Positions 22,428 to 32,839 are shown, counted from the first letter of the stretch. The stretch is 64,000 nt of DNA from an uncultured Nitrospinota bacterium (GCA_963707985.1 CAVPRW010000025.1:160156-224155), one strand, 5' to 3'. Made by a program: numbers and translations. Notes: a model not told the origin generated them from the letters alone.

Positions 22428-25078
22428 ATGGACGCGAATCGCTTGACGCAAAAGTTTCAAGAGGCACTGAATGCGGCACAAGCCAAGGCCATCAGGTTGA
22501 GCCAGCAACAGGTGGACGTCGAACACCTGTTGTCGGTACTACTGGAGCAGGAACGTGGGCTGGCGCCGTCGATTCTGCAAAAAGCCGGAGTCGATCTCGG
22601 GGGCATCAAACGCCGCATCGACCAGGAGTTGGAGCGCCTGCCAAAAGTCTCGACACCGTCAGGACCGCCTGATCAAATTTACATCACCGGTCGGCTGAAC
22701 CGTCTCTTGGTCCAGGCAGAGGATGAGGCGAAGCGGCTCAAGGACGACTACGTCTCAGTCGAGCATCTGCTCCTGGCGATGGTCGACGACGGCGGCACCG
22801 CCGGACGCATACTCAAGGAGGTGAGCCTGACGCGCGAGCGCCTCATGCAGGCGCTGCAGGAGGTACGTGGCAGCCAGCGCGTGACCTCGCAAGACCCCGA
22901 GGCCACCTATGAGGCGCTGGAGCGCTACGGACGCGATCTGACCAAACTGGCTGAGCAGGGCAAGCTCGACCCGGTCATCGGCCGCGACGACGAGATCAGG
23001 CGAGTGATCCAGGTGCTGTCGCGTCGCACCAAGAACAACCCGGTATTGATCGGCGAACCCGGAGTTGGCAAGACCGCGATTGTCGAGGGCCTGGCGCAGC
23101 GCATCGTGCGCGGCGATGTCCCGGAGGGACTCAAGAACAAGCGAGTCGTCGCTCTCGATATGGGGGCGCTGGTCGCCGGCGCGAAGTATCGCGGCGAATT
23201 CGAAGAGCGTTTGAAAGCGGTGCTCAAAGAGGTGCAGGAGTCAGAAGGAAGCATCATCCTGTTCATCGATGAGTTGCATGCGGTGGTCGGTGCTGGTGCG
23301 GCCGAGGGCGCCATGGACGCCAGCAATCTGCTCAAACCCATGCTGGCGCGCGGCGAGCTGCACTGCATCGGCTGCCACGACGCTAGATGAATATCGCAAG
23401 CATATCGAAAAGGATGCGGCTCTCGAGCGACGCTTTCAACCCGTACTCGTCGACGAGCCATCGGTCGAGGACACCATCTCTATCCTGCGCGGCCTGAAAG
23501 AGCGCTACGAGGTGCATCATGGCGTCCGTATTAAAGATTCAGCCCTGGTGGCGGCAGCAGTCTTATCGAAGCGCTACATCACGGATCGCTTCCTACCCGA
23601 CAAAGCTATCGATCTCGTCGATGAGGCCGCGGCCAAACTGCGTACCGAGATCGACTCCATGCCAACCGAGTTGGATGAGATTTTGCGACGGCTGATGCAG
23701 CTGGAAATCGAGCGCGAGGCCCTGAAAAAGAAACCGATCCGGCGTCGGAGGAGCGCCTGGACAAGATCGAGCGAGTTGGCCAATCTGAAGGAACAGGCCG
23801 ACGCTCTGAAGGCCCAATGGCAAGCCGAGAAAGACGCTGTGCAGCGCCTGCGCTCCATCCGCGAGCAGATCGAGCAGACCAAGATCGAGATCGAGCAGAC
23901 CAAGATCGAGATCGAGCAGGCGGAGCGCCAATACGACCTCAACCGTGCCGCAGAGCTGCGCTATGGCCGACTGGCCGGGCTCGAACGCCAGCTCCAAGAG
24001 GAAGAGGAACGGCTGACACAGAAGCAGGGGCAATTCCAGTTGCTCAAGGAAGAGGTGGACGAAGAAGACATCGCCGAGGTGGTCAGCCGCTGGACCGGGG
24101 TCCCCGTGTCGAAGTTGCTGGAGGGCGAGATCCAGAAGTTGCTGCACCTCGAAGAGGAGCTGCATCAGCGCGTCATCGGGCAAGACGAGGCGGTGAAGGC
24201 GGTGTCGGAGGCCGTGCTGCGGGCGCGCTCGGGATTGAAAGACCCGAATCGCCCTATTGGCAGCTTTATCTTTCTTGGACCGACAGGGGTGGGCAAGATC
24301 GAGCTGGCGCGCGCCCTGGCGGAGTTTCTGTTCGACGACGAGCGCGCCATGATCGCATCGATATGTCGAGTACCAGGAGACGCATACGGTGGCACGTCTG
24401 ATCGGTGCGCCTCCGGCCTATGTAGGCTATGATGAGGGTGGTCAGCTCACCGAGGCGGTGCGACGTCAGCCATATTCGGTCATCCTCTTCGATGAGATCG
24501 AGAAAGCGCACCATGATGTGTTCAACGTCATGCTCCAGATTCTGGACGATGGTCGTCTCACCGACGGTCATGGCCGCACGGTGGATTTTAAGAACACCAT
24601 CGTCATCATGCCGTCGAACATTGGTAGTCACCGCATCCTGGAGTATCGTGGGGCCTTCGAAGGCGAGCCCTATGAGCGTATGAAGCAGGCGGTGCTTGAA
24701 GAAATGCGGCGTAACTTCCGGCCGGAGTTCCTGAACCGAGTGGACGAGATCATCGTCTTCCATGCACTCTCGGAAGAGCACCTCCAACAGATCGTCGAGA
24801 TCCAACTTGGGTACCTGCGGAAGCGGCTGGCTGAGCGTCATATCCAGATCGAGTTGACCGATGCCGCCCGGCAGTATCTGGTACACATTGGCTATGATCC
24901 GTCGTATGGCGCGCGCCCCTTGAATCGTGCCATCCAGAAGGAAGTCGAAACCCCACTGGCGCGGCTGATCCTCACAGGCGAAGTGCGCGATGGCCAGAAG
25001 GTCGTCGCCGATTACGATCCGAGCCGAAAGACGTTGCAATTCGACAGTGTGGAAGATGCGATGGCAGTGGCTGACTGA
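22428..25078 (+). pseudogene. clpB: ClpB chaperone with several frameshifts
   Basis: [45 protein letters not shown]; frame breaks near 23372, 23735-23770 and 24357. Confidence 0.92.
23869..23910 (+). repeat. Exact 21-bp tandem duplication in the clpB M-domain
   Basis: ATCGAGCAGACCAAGATCGAG x2 (IEQTKIE). Confidence 0.9.
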
Positions 25079-25391
25079 GCCCCGCGAACATGCTGTTGAA
25101 GACCAGTAGCGATATGCCTGCTGTCGCGAGCAGGTCCGAGTGCACAAGCGACGCGGTGCCGATCGCAGCACCCTCGACACTCCCGGCTTGCATGTCATTG
25201 CTTTCAATCCCCATCATTGCCTCAGAGGAACACCGTTCACGACGGCGGTTTCGTTGTGTTGAGAAACGTCACTACCGCATACCGCACGTTGATGTATACT
25301 AGGCCACATCATGGTATTACCTCAGAACTGAAACAGATCTCCTGATCGTCAGCGTGCTCGCCAATTCAGCGGCGTTGGCCGGAGGTGAACA

Positions 25392-25950
25392 GTGCAGACC
25401 CCTGTTGTCGACAGTTACCGCTGGAAAACGAAGGACCTCGAATAGGCTCCCGGAAGAGCCATTCCTGAGCTATGAAATCATCGATGGGGAGTTGATTGTG
25501 TCGCGGAAACCACACTTGCGCCATGCCGCGATCATCGGGACACTCTGCGCTCAGGTCTATCCCGCTGTGAGAGCCACAGGAGGGGTATTATTGGTTGAAC
25601 CCGGCATTGTCTGGAGTGAGGAGGGCGAAGACAACGTCGCTCCCGACATCGCGATCGTGCTGCCCGATCGACTCCATTTGGCAACCGGTCGCGCCCTTTC
25701 AGGGATGCCTAACATTGTCATGGAAGTGGTCTCCGAGGGAAGCGTCGAGATCGACTATGTCAAGAAGCGCGCCCTCTATGCCAGGACCGGCGCGCAAGAG
25801 TATTGGATTATCGATTGGCTCCGGCAGTCGATCGAGGTTTGGACCTTCATTGGACAAGCCGCGCAGGTCGTGACCTATACCAGCGGACAAACCATCACCA
25901 CGCCTCTGCTTCCCGATGTATCGATTTCCGTCGAGGACCTCCTCAGCTGA
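25392..25950 (+). CDS. Uma2-family endonuclease (probable frameshift near the 5' end)
   Basis: YEIIDGEL, APDIA, EVVS, EYWIID; the GGAGG+GTG start at 25392 is in a different frame from the body. Confidence 0.8.
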
Positions 25951-26087
25951 ACCAACACGTGCTCCGATCCTTGCCGAAGCCTGGGTAAGCGGTGGCTGAC
26001 CCTCAGGCACTGTGCAAACTGAGGGCGGCTCTGAGTGAGGCTGGGAGGTCAGCACAAGGGGGTGTATGAGTATCCTGGCGAGACAGG

Positions 26088-26867
26088 TTATGTGCGTAAT
26101 CCAGCGGCACGTAAGAGCGTCTCGGCCCAGGCCGCATCTTCCTGCGACAGGGGAATTTCTGGGGGTTGCGTATAGTCAAGCGCCAGATCATACCCAAGCA
26201 AATCATAGATGGTGGCAAACGCCTCTTGGAGGTCGAGCGCCTCGTCCTTGTCGCTCGGGAGAAGCGGCACGGGGACGACAGGAAGTGGTTCTGCCAGACT
26301 GATCGGCCAGATTTCGGTCATGGGTCGTTTCTCAACACGACTGAGAAAAATAAAATAGGGGGTTCGGGGTAAAGGCTGTTGCATCGGTACGCGCTGGCCC
26401 TGACGTAAGAGATCAATCTCCAGCAAATGGGCCGTACTGAGCAAGATGCGACGGCGCTTGGCGAGGTATTCCGCGCGCCCATCCCCGCGCTTGTTGGTTG
26501 GCGATAATACTTCAATGGCAGTGACCAGTTGGCGGTTTGCCGTATCACGAATTTCAACCGTCACGTGGGGAATGGGCGTAGGGATGATGGTTGCAAGCTC
26601 TAAAGGTGCAGGAGCAACGACGGTCCCCTGCGTGGCCCCTGCCATGGATCGAGTTTTGGCCACTCCGACGTCGGGATACATAGCCGCAGCGGTGATTGCG
26701 ACGCTCTCCGGCGTGTCCATAACAAAGCGTTCAGCCGGCAATACCAGGTAACGAGGCCGTAGTTTCGGTGCCAACAACCGCACGATTTCGGCACTGAGCG
26801 AAAAATGCACCGTTGTCCACAATGTACCTTCGAGATACGGGTCCATGCCTGGAAATGGTGATGGCAT
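26088..26867 (-). CDS. DUF4058-family protein
   Basis: MPSPFPGMDPYLE...IEVLSPTNK...HLLEIDLLR. Confidence 0.85.
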   Translation of the reverse strand: MPSPFPGMDPYLEGTLWTTVHFSLSAEIVRLLAPKLRPRYLVLPAERFVMDTPESVAITAAAMYPDVGVAKTRSMAGATQGTVVAPAPLELATIIPTPIPHVTVEIRDTANRQLVTAIEVLSPTNKRGDGRAEYLAKRRRILLSTAHLLEIDLLRQGQRVPMQQPLPRTPYFIFLSRVEKRPMTEIWPISLAEPLPVVPVPLLPSDKDEALDLQEAFATIYDLLGYDLALDYTQPPEIPLSQEDAAWAETLLRAAGLRT

Positions 26868-27116
26868 GATCGGCTCCTTCCCATCGAGATTGCGGAGTGT
26901 GGGAGACACCTTCACCCACTCCAGCGTCACATAGAGGGCCTCGATGGCAGATACCTCAATGGGTTCGAGGAGTGTCGCGAGATCGTTCACCCCTTCGTTC
27001 ACACCTATGATACACTAGCCTGACCTACTCCTAGGTTATTCTCTTTCCGCCACAGATCATGGGCACTGCAGGGCCTTGCGGTGACCAACTCAACAGCCTG
27101 CAGAGGGAGGTACATC

Positions 27117-27845
27117 ATGCCTGAACGTGTCTGGGACCGATTTCTCACCGAGCAGGACCACGCGCATCTCGCCATGAGCGCACACCGCCGCATCGGATTC
27201 GGCAAAAGGCCGGCGCTGCTGCTCGTCGACCTGTATCGCTGGGTCTTCGGGGACAAGCCGGAACCGCTGCTGGAAGCCATCAAGACCTGGCCCAGCAGTT
27301 GTGGGTTGGCGGCGTGGGAGGCGATAGCTCCGCTCCAAAGCTTGCTGAAGGCCGCCCGGGAGGCGAGCATACCCATCGTGCACATGACTGGTCTCGAGCA
27401 GAGCGGGATGGAAGGATGGACGGCGTGGCGTGAGTCGTCGCGCCCGGTCGCGCTAGATCCTGAAGCGCAAGCCCGCCGCAATCGCCGCTGGGACATCATC
27501 GATGAGGTGGCACCCTTGCCAGGCGAAGCGGTTTTACGCAAGTCCTCTCCCAGCGCGTTTTGGGGCACGCCACTGGTAGGGCACTTGAATTATCTGGGAG
27601 TCGACACCATCATCACCTGTGGTGAGAGCACCAGCGGCTGTGTCCGTGCCAGTGTCGTCGATGGGTGTACCCATCGGTATCGTATGATCGTGGTGGAGGA
27701 GTGTGTGTTCGACCGCCACGAGGCAACGCATGCCATCAACCTGTTCGACATGAACCAGAAGTATGCCGATGTCTTGCCCCTGGCTGACGTCTTGGATTAC
27801 CTGGCGAAATGGCGAGCCGAGCAAGACCGGGAGCAGCCCAGTTAG
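27117..27845 (+). CDS. Isochorismatase / cysteine hydrolase family
   Basis: PALLLVD, K.SPSAFWGT, GESTSGCVRAS. Confidence 0.9.
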   Translation: MPERVWDRFLTEQDHAHLAMSAHRRIGFGKRPALLLVDLYRWVFGDKPEPLLEAIKTWPSSCGLAAWEAIAPLQSLLKAAREASIPIVHMTGLEQSGMEGWTAWRESSRPVALDPEAQARRNRRWDIIDEVAPLPGEAVLRKSSPSAFWGTPLVGHLNYLGVDTIITCGESTSGCVRASVVDGCTHRYRMIVVEECVFDRHEATHAINLFDMNQKYADVLPLADVLDYLAKWRAEQDREQPS

Positions 27846-27903
27846 CGGGAGCTTTCAAGGGTGTGCTGACGCATGCATTCGCCAACACACCCGCACCTCC
27901 GGG

Positions 27904-28359
27904 TTAGGCTTTCGCGAGCAATTGGCGTACGAACGGCACTGGGTTGGGGTCACTATAGGGGTCCTGCTCTGCTTCCCGAGTCTGCAGTTCGATTTGCAAC
28001 CGAATGCCATTGGGGTCGTGGAAGTAGAAGGTCTTGCCATAGCTGCGCTCGATAATGTCCGTCACCTTGACCCCATGGTTCTGGAGGCCCTTGTAGGCCT
28101 CATCGAACTCCTCCGCCGTGGCCACGACGAGCGCCAAATGGTTTAGGCTGTGGGGGACTCCCTCCGGGGATGGCTTGGCCCCATCGAAGATCGCGAAAGC
28201 GGTGCCTCCGCCGATCTGGACGTTATAATGCCTCCGCCCATCTGGGGTGAGTGCGGTCCGCGCTAACCGCATCCCCATGATGCCACAATAGAACTGCAGC
28301 GTGGCCTCCATGTCGTGGGTATTGATGGCGATGTGATCAACATTGGTGCACTGAAACAT
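27904..28359 (-). CDS. VOC/glyoxalase-family protein
   Basis: VDHIAI, LNHLAL, FYFHDPNGIRLQI. Confidence 0.88.
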   Translation of the reverse strand: MFQCTNVDHIAINTHDMEATLQFYCGIMGMRLARTALTPDGRRHYNVQIGGGTAFAIFDGAKPSPEGVPHSLNHLALVVATAEEFDEAYKGLQNHGVKVTDIIERSYGKTFYFHDPNGIRLQIELQTREAEQDPYSDPNPVPFVRQLLAKA

Positions 28360-29358
28360 GGCGTGTTCCTCCTGTCCTTGGCCGCATCATCTCAGGATTA
28401 CCTTGCAAGCAGAGAAATAGCCCTGCTCGACCATGCCGGTTGTCTCCAGTGGACTGCCATGAATCGCCCTATGGGCACAATGCGTTTGAGGAGCCACGTT
28501 GAGCTGCCGCATCAGGTCGAAGCACCAACGCTCAGGACACGTGTCCCATCTCAGGCTCCTCGGGTCATGTGCCAGTTCTACCATGCTCCTGTCAGCGTCC
28601 GACAAGCCCCGTCTGACATATGGCATCATACTCCTGGCTTGATACCGGGGCAAGTGTCTTCTGGCGAGGATCAGTAGCATGCGAGCGAGTCCTACAGATC
28701 AGTTGAGGAGGAGAAGTTGGGGCTCCTATAGACGGAAGCACCGCGCTCGGTCTCTTCGTCCTCGCGATTGTGGTTCCGCCCCTTCCCATTTACCGAGAGC
28801 AGAGCATACCGCCTGGGTTGCTGTCTCGGCATCATCCTGTGCCGCCTATGTCGCCAGTCATCCAAGGCGGTCTCGTCCAGCTTTTGTGGGTCTTGTCCTT
28901 CGACCTCATCTTCCATCACGAAGTCCCAACGATCGTCGTTGCACCGAGCGGGCGACATCGCGGTGTTAGGATGTTAGGCAGCGTGATGCTGCAGACTCGC
29001 AGGCGTCACAGCGAGCTTGAAGGGAATGCATAAGGGTGCTAGTATGCAGGCATATTTGAGGGATGGGGGGCTGTAGCTGGCGGGGTGATAGGCAGCAGTC
29101 CGCTGCAGTGTTTCACCAACCCATTCGGTAGTCTAATCGTAGTTCTATCGCACGTGAGGAGTGGGCCGAGGCAGCACGACGAGCACCCAGAAGTGTCGAA
29201 ACTCATATGGGTCGAGACCAGTGGCCAGAAGCTGAAACGAGCGACGATCCATTGGGTAAAGGGGACTGACCTCGGGCGGTGGGTTGGGCTATCGAACATA
29301 ATCTGACGGTTAACAAGAGGCGGGAACAGACAGACGGGGCGGAAGGTGATCGAAGCAA

Positions 29359-30291
29359 ATGTTTACCTATAAGTCGGAAGATCTACCGGCGGAACTGTGG
29401 TATGACAGGCGAATTATGATCCCGCAGGTGTTGGCGCAAGCCTACCGAACGGAACTCATGCGGTTGGAACTGCTCGAAAAGGCAATCGCTGGCACGACCA
29501 AGCCCAACATACATGGCGGTATGACAAGAGAGGAAACGACGGAACACTTTGCCTATCGATTTGGCAACTCTGTAACAAGAATCGAGTATGTGATCCTTGA
29601 TCCAAATCGAAAACTAAATCCAATCCCTCTCGACGTGGCTGTGACATTTTCAAGTCATCAGGTAGCATTCCTTGATATTCCATGTGGGACAGGTGCTGGT
29701 GCCGCTTCTATTCTATGTAGTTTGCATGCGCTAAGAGCTGCAGGGCTAGTCCCAAAATTGCCTCTTACGGTAGGGATCACGGCAGCCGACTTATCTGAAC
29801 CCGCGCTAGAGATATATGACTCAATGATGAAGAGATTGACGGGTCCACTCGCAGAAGCTGGAATTCTCATCGAGTGGCGAACGCACCGGTGGGACGCGTC
29901 TCTTCCCCACGAGATGAGCCAGCTCTGCGATGCATGGTTCAATCAACTACCCGAAGCGGCCGAGCACTTTGTTCTCGTAAGCAATATGAGCGGGGTCGGG
30001 AGGGCCCAGTTTGGCGAGTTTGAACGCTCATTTCAGCATTTGGTTGAGCGCCTTTCGAACCGAATGAGTACCATTCTGTGGATCGAGCCCGAAAGCCAGA
30101 GTACTCGCAAGTTTCTGAAAAAGGTGGGTGACTTCTTCAAGAAAGCGATTTCATGGCTGAAGCCGGAAGACGGCAAATCTTCAGAATCAGTGTTCGACAG
30201 TTTTGCCTGGTGGGATGCGGTCGGGGATCGGGAAGTTACCAGCACGGTAGCAGTTCAGCGCTATCTCCGAAATGCAGGTGAAGCAACGTGA
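29359..30291 (+). CDS. Class I SAM-dependent methyltransferase-like protein
   Basis: Motif I FLDIPCGTGAG; motif II ITAADLSEPAL; stop overlaps the RT start (GTGA). Confidence 0.75.
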   Translation: MFTYKSEDLPAELWYDRRIMIPQVLAQAYRTELMRLELLEKAIAGTTKPNIHGGMTREETTEHFAYRFGNSVTRIEYVILDPNRKLNPIPLDVAVTFSSHQVAFLDIPCGTGAGAASILCSLHALRAAGLVPKLPLTVGITAADLSEPALEIYDSMMKRLTGPLAEAGILIEWRTHRWDASLPHEMSQLCDAWFNQLPEAAEHFVLVSNMSGVGRAQFGEFERSFQHLVERLSNRMSTILWIEPESQSTRKFLKKVGDFFKKAISWLKPEDGKSSESVFDSFAWWDAVGDREVTSTVAVQRYLRNAGEAT

Positions 30292-32030
30292 ACACTCCAA
30301 GTTATCCACTCCTTAGAGCGCTGAACTTTGTTCGGAAGGAAGACACGCTCACATATGTTGGTCTCCGCCTTTTCTCGGAGGACCTAGCCAGCGAAAACCG
30401 ATCCCTGTGGGTCGATGAATACTTGAAGCGAACGCTACTGACAAAGCGCCCGCATGTATACCGCGAGTTCCAATCCCTGAAGAACATCGATGAGAAAGGC
30501 CAACCTGAGTTCCGGAGTTGTCACATCGGCAGTCCGCTAACAACCTTAGCGGAGGCATGGCTACTCGGCCGTTTGGCTGAGTTGAGGCCGTTTCGTTCGC
30601 CAACCGCCGTCTACAGCTACCTGTGGCCACGAAGTCACAAGCGCTCGCAGATATTCGACTACTTTCTCGAAGGATATCGACGCCGCGAAGTCGATGTAGC
30701 ACTCGCGCTGACTCAATTGGAAGACCCAATCGCACTCGTCACTGACCTCAGGAAATTCTATCCGACTGCTCAGAAAGGTATGGTGCTGCAGCGTTTTCGA
30801 ACGTGTGTAGACGTTGCAAAACTTCGAAGGCCCTTCTCAGACTTTGCCATCGATACAGTTCAAGCCGCGTTAGCTGCGCCCGCGGTGGGGATACCCATCG
30901 GGCCACCACTGGGACACTTGCTCGGAAACTTGGCTCTAGCCAAGGTAGATGAGGAACTGGCAAAGAGTTTCCCTGGACGGTACTTCCGGTATGTAGACGA
31001 CATTGTGCTCGTCATCGATCGGGCGGCGGTTAGTTCGACTTTGGCTTCTTTGCGAAACATTGTCGAGGGCGAAGGCTTCGAACTAAACGAGAGTAAGACG
31101 GCTGAAGTCTCCAAGGAAGACTGGCTCGCCCATGTGGAGCAGATGAAATCCAGCGAGAAGCGCTTTCGCTTTCGGTCTCTCCTAGGTCGTCTACGTGTCT
31201 TTTTGGCACGCCGTCCCGAGGAGTTTGAGGCCTTGAAAGCGTCCTTCAACTCGGCCGGAATCTCGTTACCTTTCAGCCGTCTGAGGGCGGTGGCCACTCA
31301 AGGACGCTACAGAAGATTCATCAAGGCAGTGCTCAAGGCGTGGCCAAGGTCGGAGTGGTTAACACTGCTCAGGGATGATGGGCGCAGGCTCCTCAATGAA
31401 ACCCTCATTCTCAGAGCTGCATTGCTCGACGAGGCGCAGCGATTAAAACTCAGGGTAGTCCCCTCCCATGGAATGAGGCGGCGTTGGTTTGTTCAGCACT
31501 ATCGTTTTGTAATGAATCGCTTGCTATATCTAGTGGATAGATCTTCACACTCAAAGTTGCTGGAAATGTGTCCTGATATTGAAGAACTCTTCCAAATACG
31601 CCTTGTACTTCGCTCATTTATCTCGGGTTCGGCGACCGATCTTCTGCGTTTTCCTGGGGCGTCAACAACGACATTTGCTCAGTTCTGTGTGGAGAATCCG
31701 TCTGGACAAGTAGATGTACAGTGGCCTGAGGATGTTCAGCCACAGCATAGAGATGGTGCTGCGCTCCTTGCAATTTACGGTGTTTGCTCGCCTCCAGATG
31801 AGTGGATTCAGAGGTTTGAGAATCGCTACGATCAAGCGCTTCTTCGATTTGCGGGCGGTCAACGAGCTCTTACTCGTGAGTTCCAGGACTTCTCGTACAT
31901 CGATGAAGTACGGACGCTCCAACTTCGGACGCCGCGAGAAAGGATGACATCATTCCTTACATCTCGGTTATACGACGAGGAAGACGTCGTACTCGAAGGG
32001 CTTGCACTAGACGGGGGCTATGGCAGCTGA
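30288..32030 (+). CDS. Reverse transcriptase, UG/Abi (DRT)-like, with a long C-terminal extension
   Basis: TDLRKFYPT, GIPIGPPLGHLLGN, YFRYVDD (30990-31001), LNESKT; 580 aa. Confidence 0.9.
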   Translation: MNTPSYPLLRALNFVRKEDTLTYVGLRLFSEDLASENRSLWVDEYLKRTLLTKRPHVYREFQSLKNIDEKGQPEFRSCHIGSPLTTLAEAWLLGRLAELRPFRSPTAVYSYLWPRSHKRSQIFDYFLEGYRRREVDVALALTQLEDPIALVTDLRKFYPTAQKGMVLQRFRTCVDVAKLRRPFSDFAIDTVQAALAAPAVGIPIGPPLGHLLGNLALAKVDEELAKSFPGRYFRYVDDIVLVIDRAAVSSTLASLRNIVEGEGFELNESKTAEVSKEDWLAHVEQMKSSEKRFRFRSLLGRLRVFLARRPEEFEALKASFNSAGISLPFSRLRAVATQGRYRRFIKAVLKAWPRSEWLTLLRDDGRRLLNETLILRAALLDEAQRLKLRVVPSHGMRRRWFVQHYRFVMNRLLYLVDRSSHSKLLEMCPDIEELFQIRLVLRSFISGSATDLLRFPGASTTTFAQFCVENPSGQVDVQWPEDVQPQHRDGAALLAIYGVCSPPDEWIQRFENRYDQALLRFAGGQRALTREFQDFSYIDEVRTLQLRTPRERMTSFLTSRLYDEEDVVLEGLALDGGYGS

Positions 32031-32085
32031 ACTTTGCTTTTGGTCGATGAGGGGACTCTGGCTTGCCTCTGTATGGGTATGTGCG

Positions 32086-32186
32086 ATAGAACAAGCACAT
32101 GAAGCAAACAGGCCGGTCTGTCACGTCCGTTGCGCGGCGCAACGGCCGCATCAGCCTCGGCCTGCAGCTTGTGTGTGACGTTATGC
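32086..32186 (+). other. attC recombination site
   Basis: R'' ATAGAAC; L'' CACATGAAGC (extra G) pairs with L' GCTTGTGTG; stems CAGGCCG/CGGCCTG and CCGTTGCG/CGCAACGG; R' GTTATGC. Confidence 0.82.
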
Positions 32187-32241
32187 TGCAGATGCAGGCA
32201 CTGGAAAAGATGCATAGCAAAGGGAGGGAGGTGGGGTTGTT

Positions 32242-32469
32242 ATGAATTACCAGGACAGAATTTCGATCGAACCTGGCAAGCGTGGTGGAAAGCCCTGTAT
32301 CCGCGGTATGCGCATCACGGTTTACGATGTGCTGGAGTATCTGGCCTCTGGAATGTCAGAGCAAGAAATCCTTGACGACTTTCCAGACCTGACACAGGAA
32401 GACATTCGTGCCTGCCTCGCTTTTGCTGCCGACCGCGAGCGCAAACTGGTATCGGCCATTGACCCATGA
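32242..32469 (+). CDS. DUF433-family antitoxin
   Basis: RISIEPGKRGGKPCIRGMRITVYDVLEYLASG. Confidence 0.92.
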   Translation: MNYQDRISIEPGKRGGKPCIRGMRITVYDVLEYLASGMSEQEILDDFPDLTQEDIRACLAFAADRERKLVSAIDP

Positions 32470-32812
32470 AGCTATTCTTTGACCATAATCTCTCCTACAA
32501 ACTCGTCGGGCGCCTTGCTGATCTGTTTCCCAATTCGGAGCATGTCCGACAACGTCAATCTGCACGAAGCAGACGACCGTATGGTTTGGGAATACGCGCG
32601 TGCCAATGGCTTTGCAATTGTCTCGAAAGACGAGGATTTTCATCAGTTGAGCTTTCTTTATGGGGCACCACCCAAAGTGGTTTGGGTACGTCTAGGAAAC
32701 TGCACAACTGACAGACATCGAACTCGCATTACGGCGTCATCATACAGACTTATTGAAGTTTAATGCTGACGAGGAGGGGGCCTTCTTGATCGTCGGTATC
32801 AGGCACGCATGA
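32466..32812 (+). pseudogene. DUF5615 PIN-like toxin, two frameshifts
   Basis: MKLFFDHNLS / ADDRMVWEYA...IVSKDEDF...PPKVVWVRLGN lie in different frames. Confidence 0.85.
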
Positions 32813-32839
32813 TAACCCAGTGGAGCGGCGGGGTTAGGC
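32807..32839 (+). other. Degenerate, internally deleted attC closing the toxin-antitoxin cassette
   Basis: GCAT(GAT)AAC complements the cassette-start GTTATGC and contains the toxin stop; GTTAGGC core at 32833-32839. Confidence 0.5.

Larger units (their letters stand above)
29143..32180 (+). mobile_element. Integron-type gene cassette 1 (methyltransferase + RT)
   Basis: Starts at G|TTCTATCGCAC (29142-29153), the exact reverse complement of GTGCGATAGAAC (32081-32092) that opens the downstream attC. Confidence 0.75.

Noticed and set aside
28924..28979. Possible extra attC (TCCCAAC...GTTAGGA/GTTAGGC)
   Set aside because: Too short, with no convincing L''/L' pairing; at most a relic.
30288..32030. 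RT as a retron, group II intron, DGR or CRISPR-associated RT
   Set aside because: No VTG motif, no intron domain V or maturase/HNH domain, no TR/VR repeat pair and no cas genes were seen; the GIPIG motif and long C-terminal tail fit UG/Abi better.
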